Assembly: GCF_964204645.1 (NCBI RefSeq)
Contig: NC_134032.1
Coordinates: 6,126,275 to 6,190,274, forward strand
Direction of reading: 5' to 3'
DNA: 64,000 nt
Origin: Tubulanus polymorphus
Lineage: Eukaryota > Animalia > Nemertea
Shown here one piece after another: positions 38,301-49,069 of this stretch (the first letter of the stretch is position 1; each line of letters begins with the position of its first letter). Position numbers and translations under genes: made by a program. Below the pieces are notes generated by a model. The model had not been told where the DNA came from and did no database searches. It worked only from the letters and a program-made list of their open reading frames with translations.

Positions 38301-41300
38301 TTTCATAGTAAAAGAAAAGCGCGGCCAATATTAATCCTCCTGCTACAAGATAATGTTTTAAATCACTTTTCCCAGTCGGGGTGAAACCATCCATTTATTT
38401 AAGAAAAAAATTAAAAGATTTATAAGTAATTTGAAATATCTTATTTTGAGTATGAATATTTAGAGTTGAATTATTATTTTGAGTCATGATATTTTGATTT
38501 AAGATGGTGTGATTTATTGCTTCGAGAATAATATTTTCCACAATTACATAAAACGCTTTTATTAGGATTATATTTAGGCGTAACAATTTCATTATCTAAG
38601 TTACATTGAATTCCAATATGTTAAAATGATTTTTCATTATCTAATTCACATTGAATTCCAATATTTGATGAATTTTCATTATAGATAATTTGTTTATTAT
38701 CAAAATTAAAATAATAATATGAGTGTCTTTTTTCAATTCTTAAGTTAATCAGATCATTGTAACTTTTAGAAAGTATTAAATCACTATCTCTTTCATTAAA
38801 AGGAGTTTGAAGTATATTTATTATGTTTTCATCTAAAGTTCCTTAAGTATCTGTTAGTTCAGTAATTGAATATGTTTCATTTGATAATATTTGATTAATT
38901 ACAGTAATATTATCAATTTTATAATGCCTCTCACACACTTAATTTGATTTCTTAATGTTAAACTGTGAAAATAATTCATTGGTTTCATTGATTTCGATTT
39001 TGAATTTTGGTTCTTCTTCTTCTTTCTTCATTTTTATAACAAAACTTTTATTAAAATAAATCTAACTCATTCAAATATAAATATTCTATGTGAAAATATG
39101 AATTATTGCACTCAGACTTTTTATGTTTAAAAATAAGAATTAATATAAATATTCAATGATTTAAATATGAATTATTTCACTCGTTAATCACTCGTTACAT
39201 TTTATATTGAAAATATGAATTTAACGCATATAAATATAAATATTCACTGTTTTAAATATAAATTATTTCACACGTTAATTACTCGTTACTTTTTATATTG
39301 AAAATTGATTTTTTATCATTCGAAATCTATATTTGATCTTATTTTTCTAGATTACGCTAACATTTTACTCTCACTTTTAAAACATGAAATTAGTAGAGTA
39401 ATTGGTAATGTCTTGTTTCAAGTCAAAGGTTAAGAGGGCGAGTGATTAGAAATATTTTTATGAGCTCGACCTCTCGACCTTTGGCTTGAAACAAGACATT
39501 ACCAATTACTATGGGAGGTTTGGGGTGTGAAATAATGAATTCCTTCCTTGTTCCTACATAAATAATTCAGATCCAACTTACTGGGGATTTAGCAGCGAAC
39601 GGCAGTGTGCTAAAGGAATCAGGTGGATTTAAAGAGGTCCATTTAAAAAAAATCCGACACAACCCCTTAAAAATCCTGAGCCTAAGGCGTCTCATGCAAC
39701 TATTCCCCTTGAAAAACCGCCCCTGCATTGTACAGAAAATTGCATGAGTTACTTACTTATCACTTGAAGAAAAACATTGAGTAATATCAACTTACTTATC
39801 ATGTCTGTTTGGCAATCAGTGATTGTATTTTTGGCCTTTTCTTCGTCAAGAATCATTATTCGTAGCAGATTTGCAGAATCATTTACTAACTGTTTTTTAA
39901 TTCTACGTATTTCGGACGCTGCTATACCCCACTGACTAAGCGTCGCCTGTATCGACTGCGGTACTGTGTTCTCGCTGGTAATTGGCTCGTTTTTGCGCCC
40001 GACTCTACATATGAAACCGGTAGTGATTGGTTCATCGCAGCGCCCTCTACACGTGATAACGCTGATGCGGAAAGTGGCATCGTCTCTACCGACAGCTGTA
40101 AGTATTAAAAATTGATCGCAAAACAACTTTAAACGTTTCGTATCAAAGTATTCCCTAGTGAGCAATTAAACTCCACCTAAAAGCACCATCTAACGTGTTA
40201 AACAAATATCATAGTACCCAGAGCTATTTGAACAAAACATAACACCATACTGTCCTCTAAACACGATTTCTAGTCAGCTGAACATCCACTACATCACAGT
40301 GCACCCTAGTAAGTATAACATCCACTACATTAATGTGCCCCCTGGAGAGTTTTGACAAACACTACGTGAAAACCCTTAAGTGTCCCCTAGTGAGTCGAAT
40401 GTTCTCTACATCACAGCGCCCCTAGTGAGCGTAGTGTGCACTAACTTCAAAGTCACACCACGTCATCCCACCCCCATAACTAAACATGCACTACAACGTA
40501 CCACCCTCATAAAAGAAATCGTTCTTTTTAGATTTAACTCCAATAAGATAAACCACGTACCTTTGGAACCAGGATCGTAGAACTTCTCAATCAATACGCC
40601 ATTCCCAGATTCGGGCTGCGACAGAAGGGTAACGGCTCTATTGCAGATATTTTCATATTCGTCTTTACTGTGAATGCTTGCTGTTTTTTCATCGTACGAA
40701 TTTTTGATCGGTTTGATCATAATCTGTAAGCGTTGAAAACATAGAAAGGAAAAATTAGTCAATCAGCGCTGACCGGGACACGAACAGATACAAACTTTAA
40801 CTGCTGCGGAATCTGCCGGATTCAAGTGAAACTCCTAGTTCAAGATCAGTGAAAAATGCAGAAGCCGGGCGTTGTAGGTAAAAATCCCCTGGGTACCCTA
40901 GGTGAAAAATATCCCAGATAAAAAACACTTGATAAATATCCCATGGGTAAAAGTTCCAAAAATCTTTAAAGTAGGTAAAAATCCCCACTTTTTTAAGAAC
41001 ATTTCAAAGGAAGATATTTCTCCAATTCTGTTCATTTGCAATAAAACTGCTACGTGCAATGAATTTTTTCGTTGAGATAAATTCGTGAAAGGATTTTTAG
41101 AATAATTCTAATGAACTTTTTATTTGTAATATTTTTAGATTCGAACTGAAACATTACTTTTAATATGTGGTATAGGCCTATTACACTGTGCGATGCGATA
41201 AATTATTCGAAATAATTTACTTTTAATTTTAAATATTTCGTATTCAAGCTAGTGAAGATTTTAACTGTGCGATGAACTTTTATAAATTTAACATGAGCTG

Positions 41301-44152
41301 TGCGATAGCTCTTAGGATTAATTCAGTATTGACGAACAGTTATTGATCCAGAGGAAGTCCCTTTGATGAACGCGTATTATGTGTATAAGTTTCTTTTTAA
41401 CCGAATCTGACTCAATTGTACAATAATTAGTATGCTCATAATATTATTTTGCTATACCATACAGCAGAATATGTATAAATTGGACATATCAATATGAATA
41501 AATGCACCTAGATTTTATTCATTTGCACACTCTATGTCAAAAGGTGGGCGATTTTAACTACCGGTACTTTGAAGAATTTTGGATTAATTTGTCCGACTTA
41601 AGTGAAACTCGGAGTTCAAGATCAGTGAAAAGTACATTTAGAAGCCAGGGGTTGTAGGTCAATATCCCCAAGGTGAAAAATAACCTAGATAAGAATCCCC
41701 TTGGTAAGCCCAAAGCCCATTGCCTAGACCAAGAACTTGTCCACGGTCCACTTGGTCAGTGATTATCTTGTATAACACTATGTACATCAAGTAGGTGCCT
41801 CTGGGGATAAGTATGCCCATATCAGTGATTTAGGATTTTGAAGGTAGAACAATTGGTTCTTTGGGGTTCTTTTCTCTATGCATGCGTGGCGTTACCGGAA
41901 GTAACAGTCGTTGAACAGTGTGTTGACGGCGGGGTGTCACCCCAGGTAACATCGGGGTAATGTATACAGGCTCCTGTACTATCTAACTGGCTTCGAAATT
42001 CAAATTCAAATTCAAAATCTTTATTCAGCATAAACAAGTGCACTGTTTGCGACCGACATTCATACATGTATGCATGTTACAACAATGTTTGAAATATAAT
42101 AATCTACATCTGAGTAACAGGAACCGATAGAAAAAATACGATAGACTATGTATGGTTTGAAAATTTAACAAAAATACTCTTCAGATATGTTTGTAGTGGC
42201 GGATTTAGCCTACCGCACTTGCCGCTAATGCGGTAGTCAAAATTTTTCCTCTAACAACATTTTATTTATTTCATGGATGGACTTGACTTAGCTGATTCCT
42301 TGGAAAAAAGTAACCATATTAAAACAGGATTTTTTCCTTCCAAAACCCAGGAAATGTCATCTCAGCCCTTTAAATTTTTCAAAATTATCTGGGGGAGGAC
42401 CCCCAAACCCCCCGTTGGCACGTCGTGTCTTCGGCACTCGTATCGCACATATCGTGCCTTCGGCACTCGGTTGCCGAAATGCGGTAGTCATATTATGCCT
42501 CTGGATCCGCCATTGGTTTGAGCATACTTTATACATGTGAACAATGGTAGTTTTTAATTAACATTACCGTAGTAGGGACATACAGACTTTGGTATACTTT
42601 AATAGATTTTGGATATCTAGCTTATTTTTTGAGTTAAAAGTTTCCACCAAAGTTTGTATGTCTAGTTTTTCAAGTCTCTATGTCTGCCTATAATGAAGCT
42701 TATACTGCTTCTATGCTACGAGCAATTATCTCAATTATTGAGATAATTTCTCGTAGTTGTATGTATGCCTGGTAGTCTTGGCAACCTCAGGCACTGGCTT
42801 TTGTTCGACTTCGCTGGTGGATGCATTAAATTCGATTCAGGTCACGACGTCGGTGAATTCAGGTCAGCTTGTATACACAGAAGTAGGGCAAAATTGATTG
42901 CATAATAAATAGATCTGACTGCTATACTACATAGATATGCCATTCTTTCCTTGGCAATTTTTCGTGGCCAATTTTTCCTTGGCAATTTTTTCGGTTTACC
43001 GTACTGTACACCATCCACTGGATATAATGGAGATATTCAGAGACAAATTGAAGCTGCGAATAAGCGGGGGATCCTCTAGGGCCCCGGTCAAAGGTCAAAA
43101 ATTATGTTTTGATATTTAGGGCCCCTAACGACTCCAAAATGTCAAGATCATCAGAAACCATCGGAAACATCCTATTTTAGCATAGGGAAGCGTATTAGAC
43201 CTTCTAGAAGTCTGATAACCGAATATTTTTTAATATTTTCTTCAAGTAGTCAGCAGAGTTCGCATGGAAAGAGTTTTTAAACCAGAGTACTTCGCTAAAC
43301 CCTGCACTTCAAAGAATCCATAAATTCTATTCCGACATATATATGGCGGTATTACGGGGTTTAATTGAGTCTTATTCCAACACAGATTATAAATGTTCTG
43401 TTCTTAGAAAAAAACTGGCTTTAGGGGTGGCACTCTACTTTGATCCGGGAGGGATGGACTCCGGGCGTTCACTGGTTGAAATACCCGGTATCCATGTACA
43501 ACTTACGTACCTGGCAATTGAGTGAGTCAATACTTGTGAGGAATTTTTCCATTCCTTTGCCGACGACACCGTGTAGTAGATCAGTTTGCGAGTCAATCTT
43601 CTGCAAATCTATATTTGCATCATCAGGTACTTCATACCCCGAAACGTCGCAACAAAATGCCAATGTCTCCGGATATGCTACACCAGCCCGGGCCATCAAA
43701 ATACGCGTCCAAATTCGGTCGTCTAATCTACCATTTACCGGATTCGACGTCGGGCAATCTAAACCATTCTCAAAACCATCTGCAAAGTTATTCGTCAAGT
43801 AACTCACCCTTCGCGGAGGATCGAACACATCTAAGAAGCTAGAACCTCCCTTGTACATCGAAATCGCTTTGTGCAGATAGACCGCTTTTAACGGCGGATT
43901 TCGTTCGCTGTGTTTCACGGTCAGCCACGAAGTCGACAAAACGAGATGTACATTTCCCGGGCAAGACTCGCCACCTTGAAGAAGTATCGGCAAACATTCT
44001 TTGAGGGGTGATAGAATGGCGATAGTTATGCCACTTTCTGGTTGTTTTGTCCTAGGTGTTTGCGTGCGATCCTCAGTTTGCGGATACCCGGTTTCCTGCA
44101 GCGAGTATTGCAGATCGTTGTACAATTGTTGGACCGTATCTTGTTCAGGCAT
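22101..44152 (-). CDS. CARNS1: Carnosine synthase 1-like ATP-grasp ligase, 5 coding exons, 871 aa
   Basis: Exons 44152-43511, 40723-40561, 40095-39796, 35865-35600 and 23345-22101 total 2616 nt with intron phases 0,1,1,0 and GT-AG ends. Motifs FDPPRRVSYL, TRILMARAGVAYPETLA, FRISVITCR, TDMIIVDYVLT, KTLVVLG..SKDFMW, AKQKS, EGVEHD, DNGPTR and LIEINARIGG are collinear with vertebrate CARNS1. The symbol denotes family, not proven orthology. Confidence 0.88.
24985..25460 (-). pseudogene. Polinton/Maverick-type retroviral-like integrase, N-terminal half
   Basis: Manual translation of the minus strand, with stops and frameshifts: YLRNLCYNPKSSVAF...KTRKTMVSYVDQQW*GDLIDMKNLKKGNNDYWWIFNIIDIFSRYVWSFPLFRKD...DGKEFDN. 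Matches the QWQ.DL.DM, IDIFSRY.W and D.G.EF pattern. Confidence 0.8.
26490..30762 (+). mobile_element. Helentron-type non-autonomous element (HINE/DINE-like) inserted in the capsid gene
   Basis: 5' hairpin AGGGTTTTCTG..TAGAAAACCCT. 3' subterminal CAGAAACCC followed by ATCGCTGCTTTGCTGCTATATTT. T-run target without TSD. Diverged internal repeat units (GCC..GG.CTTCAAAC at about 26858, 29048, 29284). Confidence 0.6.
26937..28950 (-). mobile_element. 5'-truncated RTE-like LINE nested in the Helentron-type element
   Basis: PLQKPGK..NLRPIILLSILRK, LLMLDMSKAFDTV, IPLGDCLSAVLF, LLYNSEIW, RRRLTWL.H..RL, GRPRKTW. (TGA)n-like tail at about 26937-26950. Confidence 0.8.
31045..32265 (-). pseudogene. Polinton-associated coiled-coil protein with C-terminal amphipathic/hydrophobic helices
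   Basis: Acidic N-terminus, K/E-rich middle, then DRIKSLFQSEGFTI and LSKKSAAALPGFIASIVSFILK..FVAAYMILFFI. Its stop lies about 18 nt upstream of the capsid start. Confidence 0.6.
32457..32850 (+). mobile_element. 5' part of a second Helentron-type element bounding the Polinton fragment
   Basis: TTAGGGTTTCTGC..GCAAAAAACCCT hairpin followed by sequence similar to 26493-26570. 3' end not identified. Confidence 0.45.
35600..35865 (-). CDS. CARNS1: CARNS1-like coding exon 4
   Basis: CTTTTAG|TC acceptor; VDYVLT...KTLVVLGKG..SKDFMW; AAG|GTATGT donor (phase 0). Confidence 0.85.
37826..38131 (-). CDS. Virus-like small ORF with a hydrophobic segment and a C2H2-like finger
   Basis: 101 aa; CEICNKRYKNEKSLRNH; very AT-rich; TATAAAAATG start context. 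Confidence 0.45.
   Translation of the reverse strand: MSESKVLEILHLIYKNQQNIKSIIMLTGLVSFSVYSLKQLFEFYDNCKIRYAELKENIDYISDRINNIKCCEICNKRYKNEKSLRNHIYIYELNDKLHNSN
38194..38394 (-). CDS. Virus-like small membrane protein ORF
   Basis: 66 aa; HYLVAGGLILAALFFYY hydrophobic helix then a basic tail; TAAATG start. Confidence 0.4.
   Translation of the reverse strand: MDGFTPTGKSDLKHYLVAGGLILAALFFYYENISKDLMNENIKLSRKLKKLNGNNHRKNNNKKNNL
38474..39031 (-). pseudogene. Virus-like ORF (186 codons, 3 internal TAA) with two IGIQC repeats and a C-terminal CxC..H..H finger
   Basis: Single-frame manual translation: MKKEEEEPKF...NIGIQCELDNEKSF*HIGIQCNLDNE...VLCNCGKYYSRSNKSHHLKSKYHDSK*. Confidence 0.55.
39397..39510. 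repeat. 114-bp near-perfect palindrome
   Basis: AGTAATTGGTAATGTCTTGTTTCAAGTCAAAGGT ... ACCTTTGGCTTGAAACAAGACATTACCAATTACT: 34-bp arm with one mismatch, extending imperfectly to about 46 bp. Confidence 0.9.
39796..40095 (-). CDS. CARNS1: CARNS1-like coding exon 3
   Basis: CTTACAG|CT acceptor; FRISVITCRGRCDEP...QTDMI; A|GTAAGT donor (phase 1). Confidence 0.85.
40561..40723 (-). CDS. CARNS1: CARNS1-like coding exon 2
   Basis: TTACAG|ATTATG acceptor; IMIKP...GVLIEKFYDP; AAAG|GTACGT donor (phase 1). Confidence 0.8.
42194..42515. mobile_element. MITE with AGTGGCGGAT...ATCCGCCATT ends (hAT-like non-autonomous)
   Basis: Short imperfect TIR and internal GGGGGAGGACCCCCAAACCCCC. TSD not clean. Confidence 0.5.
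43511..44152 (-). CDS. CARNS1: CARNS1-like coding exon 1
   Basis: ORF 43469-44152 up to the NCQ|GTACGT donor (phase 0). Confidence 0.85.
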
Positions 44153-45129
44153 CGTAGAAAGTTTTGACTCGCTTATTGTCTACTTGATGCAAACTACTAA
44201 TATAAAACAAAACAAAAAAAAATAAATGAAAAAAGGAAAACAAGTTTTAAAAAATTAGTCTTTAGTACTGTTACTTGATATAGCATTCTAACATATTTAT
44301 TGTGAATTTTGTAGTTACGTATATGGCTTTAAATTTTCCCTATTCACGATATTCTAGCCCAGAAAATTTGACGAGAAACTTGCCTAATATGAACAAGAAT
44401 ATTCAATCGTCGAACACTAAACAGTCACATGGGACCGAGTGCAGTGTCCACAGGGTCGATCAGAGAATAGCTATAATAACTGCATCTACGTAGGTGACAC
44501 GAATTTGATATAAAGATGCGTTCTTCCAATAAGAAAACAAGCGGTCTGTGTAAACATCAAACATCGTTGCAAATTTTATCTCCCACGTAGAAACGCTCCA
44601 AGTACCCTCAATTCAACGTGGATATAATCGAATGATGATTGTAATTTGAAGAAAAATCTTAAAAGTTCAGAAAATTTCTGCGCAAATAGTTTCACCCGAG
44701 AGTGAAGAATATCGACGGTCAACCATTCGCGCGCGCTTAGCGTTAAACTCAATCCGCAGTTTCAGTAAACGTTCTATTGTATCACAAACCATGAAATAGT
44801 TTTGTAGCCAATGACAAAAAATTAACCAATTTTTTGAGGCGCCTTCGTAAAAGTGACGTATTTTTTCTTTAACGGTTACTGCGTCCGATTATTGTAGCGA
44901 GAAAAATTAAATTAACACCATCAGAAAGTAGACATTGCCAACTTTCTTACGATACGTTCCCTTAATTTTTGTGGCGAAAGGGGGATGGACGACAATAAAT
45001 CGCGCTAAAGGTTTTAGTGTAAAAATACGTCGTGGCCTGCGGGACAGCCTGAAAATGGCACCTGGCAACATTAAACCTGCCAATTTGATTGACGACGAAT
45101 GATTTACGAAGGAATTCTAGAGCAGTATA

Positions 45130-45545
45130 TAGATGATCTATCTGGAATGTGGAAAGTGGTCTGGATCTAACAGAAAGCCAGTTCTAACCTCAGAATTTAT
45201 AGAAAGTACATATAAGTCAACACTACAAAATGTTAAATATTTAGATATGTAGTCAATATCTCCTGGGACCAGATCAAAAGGCCCCAGTATCTGACAAAGG
45301 CGAGGTCTACTATACGCATATACCAACAAATCGCCAGGATATTGATTGAAAAGAGCAAATAATCATATTGAGCCGAACAACGGTAGATTTCTTTTGTTCA
45401 AAGCTCATAGTAACTTACAGACTCGAAGAACTGCGCTTGTCGTGCTGATTTGGTCGGCGACTAAAATGGCATTATGACTCTGTATAATGAGCTGTGTATG
45501 GTATGTATTAAAGGATGAATAACCATATCATATCATATCATAATT
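45130..45545 (+). mobile_element. 3' end remnant of a CR1/L2-type LINE
   Basis: Decayed LRIYRKY..KYLD..IE-type C-terminal segment, ending in a (CATAT)n tail at about 45524-45541. Confidence 0.35.
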
Positions 45546-45818
45546 TAACGTCAATTAAAAGCCTGTAAAGGCCTATGACTAGACAGCCTCTTGCTTTGAA
45601 ACAAAGTTTACTCTCATGAGGTAGGCACTTAGTGTGCCCTCTTAGTCTTCCTTTTTTTATGAGCGTACTGTCTTGAGATTAAAGTCTACATTTTTTCTTA
45701 GTGATTTTAAAGTTTTCTTTTTTTTAATTTCGTAGTCAAATTTCACTCTTAGAAGTCCTGATAGCTATTCTTTTTCTTTCGCTAAGCGTAGCCCTGATGT
45801 TTAATGGCTGTTTGTTGT

Positions 45819-46650
45819 TTAATGGCTGATTCCCAGGGCAGTTGATTCAGACCCCTCTGATAAGGAGCCGCTCCATGTTTCACTGATATCAACCCATTTA
45901 CCCGACGCTTGGTCATCTGATGAGTCCATTTGAAATCTCACAATATTTCTCAGAGGATTTTTGTAGTCTGGTCGATTCTTTGCACTATTTCTCGTCTCAT
46001 TTTCTGTAGAGCATGCTTCAGTCTTGCTTGTTTGTTTCGATGGTCTGTTAGAAGTTTTCGAAGTTTGTAGCAGTTTGTTTTGTAACCGTTGTTCCTGTGT
46101 CCAGTTTCGAGTGATACTAACAGCATTGAGATTACTATCCTTTGTTTTCTGCAAACTTAAATATGCTTGTAAGATTAGTTCTTTTTCTGAAGTTGTTGAA
46201 AGGATAACTCTCATTGGCCTTGGCTTCTTATCATCCCGTTTTCCGAGCCGTATACGTCTCGAGTGTTGGCAATTTTCCTCCGAGCCCCAAACATTTCATT
46301 CGATTTTCAATTATTGTTAATTCAGAATTTTCACCGCTTTAAGAGTCAGCTATTTTTGGTTCTGCAAAATTATGAATTATAATATGCGTTCGGCGCTATC
46401 TATTTCTTCCAAATCTTGCTTGAATTTATTGAGTTGATCTAACAGCTGTGTGGAATGATCATTAATTTCCTCAGATATAGCACATGACATATATCTAGTA
46501 AAACTATGTTGAACATCTAAGTCTGTTTGTTTTTGTGATACATACTTGTCATATTGTTGAGAATTATCCTTTCTTCCAATTTTTCCAGGCTAAATTTTAA
46601 GTCTGATATTTCTTTGGTTGCTAATTCTTTAAAGTTCCTCAACTCCTGTG
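45819..46650 (-). pseudogene. LINE ORF1-like (coiled coil plus RRM) remnant
   Basis: Coiled-coil-like region, then IIIHNFAE, RIRLGKRDDKKPRPMRVIL, VSITRNWTQEQR. Confidence 0.6.
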
Positions 46651-47199
46651 ACCCATTAAACCTGTCAATGATAACTTGTTGTAATGGACATGTATTACCA
46701 TACTATATAAGTACATGCGATTTTCAGACGAGACTTCCCTTTTTATAAGTGCCTTAGCCTTTGTGAAGTAGGCTATGTCTATTTTGTTGTCCTTGAAATC
46801 ATTTAGAGAATTATTCCAGTTTACTTTCAAGGATATGATGTCTAGTTCAGGAAAAACGTATCAAAGCGAACTTATCAAATTTAATTGGTGAATCCTTTGT
46901 GAAAAACAAGTTCAGGCATGTACATATTGTAAATTTATATTTTGAGTAGATTATTTTAAAAATCAAAAGTTATCAAAATTCATGACAAAAATATATTGGA
47001 GATAAGAAGAAGGATAAGAAATTTTCGAAAATACGTATCGGGTTCCGATACGTATCTTCAAAAGGATACGTATCGGTTCCGAGTTCGGTTGTCGACCAGC
47101 CCCAAATGTGCTGGCGATGGTTACGAGAATGGTTACGATTCCTAGGATATACTTATTGAGGGAAGACATAGCTATAGGTATATAGTCATAGGCATATAA

Positions 47200-47890
47200 G
47201 AAAACAAGAGGCCCCAAGGCCTTGTACCTACATGACGCAGTAGAAGAAGAATGATTCAGTATTCAAATTTTTACAGAAAGATTTACATTGTAACGATGTA
47301 ACAAGTTTTGAAATAGATAAGATGGTATAGGCTATGTGGCGATAATGTTCAGTTTCTGTTAATATATCCTCACGAAAAGGCAAGCCCATTTTAGCTGCCC
47401 TGCAGAGATTCGAAGAAAATGCAAAAAATGCATCAATTATTGGCGTAGGCATCGTGCTGAAAAGAAATTTAAGATGGATGGCAACCCTGGTGGCCATACT
47501 TGAACTCAATTTTCAATAAGGGGTACACATTTCACCTACCAATATTCTTACACCTTCGAGATTCGAGATGGCTGACCTAGCAGCAATATTTTAACATATA
47601 TGACATCCATATACAAAAGGCATGGACAGCTTACCTACCCTGATCCTCACACCAGATTTTGTGGAAATCCATCAAGAATTGCAGGCTGCATCGTGCAAAC
47701 AATAAATTCAAAATGGCCACCCCAATGGCAGCCATATTTGATCACCAATGACATTTTCTACAATAGGGGTGGACATCTCGCCAGACCAAATCTTCAAGCT
47801 AATTTTCAAAAAGATTCATCGTAAATTACAGGCGAATTACTGTGTCGAATTCAGTTCCAGAGGGCCTGGCCTTTTCGAAAAACTAGCACA
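47200..47890. mobile_element. Helentron-associated repeat with diverged internal units
   Basis: AACAAGAGGCCC end; repeated AAGATGG..GGCCAT/CAGCCAT-type units at about 47470, 47565, 47710. Confidence 0.4.
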
Positions 47891-48815
47891 GATGCCTATT
47901 TAAATCACATGTAATTAAAAAATTCAGTGTTTCTTAGTTTGATGTCCCTGTTTTCATCGCGCACGTGGTTAAAATTATTGTTTACATCGAACGTCTTCAA
48001 CAGCTGAGGCGCATTTGTTTGAAACCGGTTTGCACAAACCGGTTTGGTTTGTAGGAAAATCGCATTTGTTCATAACGGTTTGCAAACCGGTTTTCATAAA
48101 CCGTCGTCTTTGTTCACGCGTAAGCCTAAATGGTTATTTTATAATGGTTATTATTATATAATGGCTAATTCCGACCAAACCGTTCGCCGAGCGGTTTGCA
48201 AGACCAAACCGACTTTTCCAACATGGCGGTCCCCTTTGATTTGGTAATCGCTGATAAGAAAATATCCGCCGTAGCTGACTCTATGGACGCTTTTGAATGG
48301 ATCAGAGACAGTAAGATTAAATACTAGTTTATGCACGGAATATATTTAATTCGTAAAACTATTTCTAATAGCGATTGTATGTGCTGTAATTCGCTCCATT
48401 GCATGCAATTCTATCTAAATTCAAAGTTAATTTATTGATAATGCTCATTGAACATCCTTATTTCAGATTCACCTGCTGTCATTGAATAAATTAAATCTGA
48501 TTATGACTTAGCTGCATTACCTCCTGATGAAAAAATTCACATAAGGGTTCCTGACGATATTTTGCCTGGTAATGGTAAGAGTTAAGTATGTTTAGAGTTC
48601 TTTAAGATGTAGTAGAGTAGGCCTATCTATGATGTGAATAAAATAGTACCCAGTCAGTAGACTACTTTACTCCCAGTCCTGGCACTAATGCTATTGATTG
48701 CCATATGAATACCGGTATCATATGTTTAATCGTCGTGAGAATGAGCAGTTTGAAATATTTTGTATAAAGCACATCTTCACCCGTCAAGGGATTCGAACCC
48801 ACTACGCTTAAGCTG

Positions 48816-49069
48816 TTCCCCGAACCCCTTGACCTCACGAGTCGTTGGAGTCGTTACTAGCCGACCAGAATCCGGTCGTACCAATCACAGCGCTTGTAAC
48901 AAACCGTCAGTAGACTTCTGTTGGTTTTCCCGTTAAATTGACCAATCAGCGAACGTTTTACCGATCAAGGAAGTATTTCGCAAATCGATATATGACGTCA
49001 TGCGCAACAGCGCCAGTAATGAAATCACGCTTCGTGAGGCCAGGGGGCTGGTGGAAGCGAGTTCGGGAG
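48816..49069. mobile_element. MITE-like inverted-repeat insertion in the Harbinger
   Basis: CCCGAAC..TGACCTCACGA vs TCGTGAGGCCA..GTTCGGG inverted ends, adjacent to a B-box-like GGATTCGAACCC at about 48790. Confidence 0.4.

Noticed and set aside
38395-38592. 65-aa ORF from the track
   Set aside because: An alternative frame; the overlapping frame carries the zinc-finger-like motif.
24985-39031. Alternative genetic code (TAA/TAG read as Gln) in the virus-like ORFs
   Set aside because: Some stops sit at Gln-like positions (QQW*GDL), but others replace Leu/Ile-like positions (LW*DFR, NS*HGSG) and frameshifts co-occur. Ordinary decay explains this.
24985-39390. A single contiguous full-length Polinton spanning both AT-rich blocks
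   Set aside because: An in-phase host exon lies between the blocks, and no polymerase, ATPase, protease or paired TIRs were found.
48778-48812. tRNA gene
   Set aside because: Only a B-box/T-arm-like fragment; no cloverleaf. The 50560-50728 copy is likewise SINE-like.
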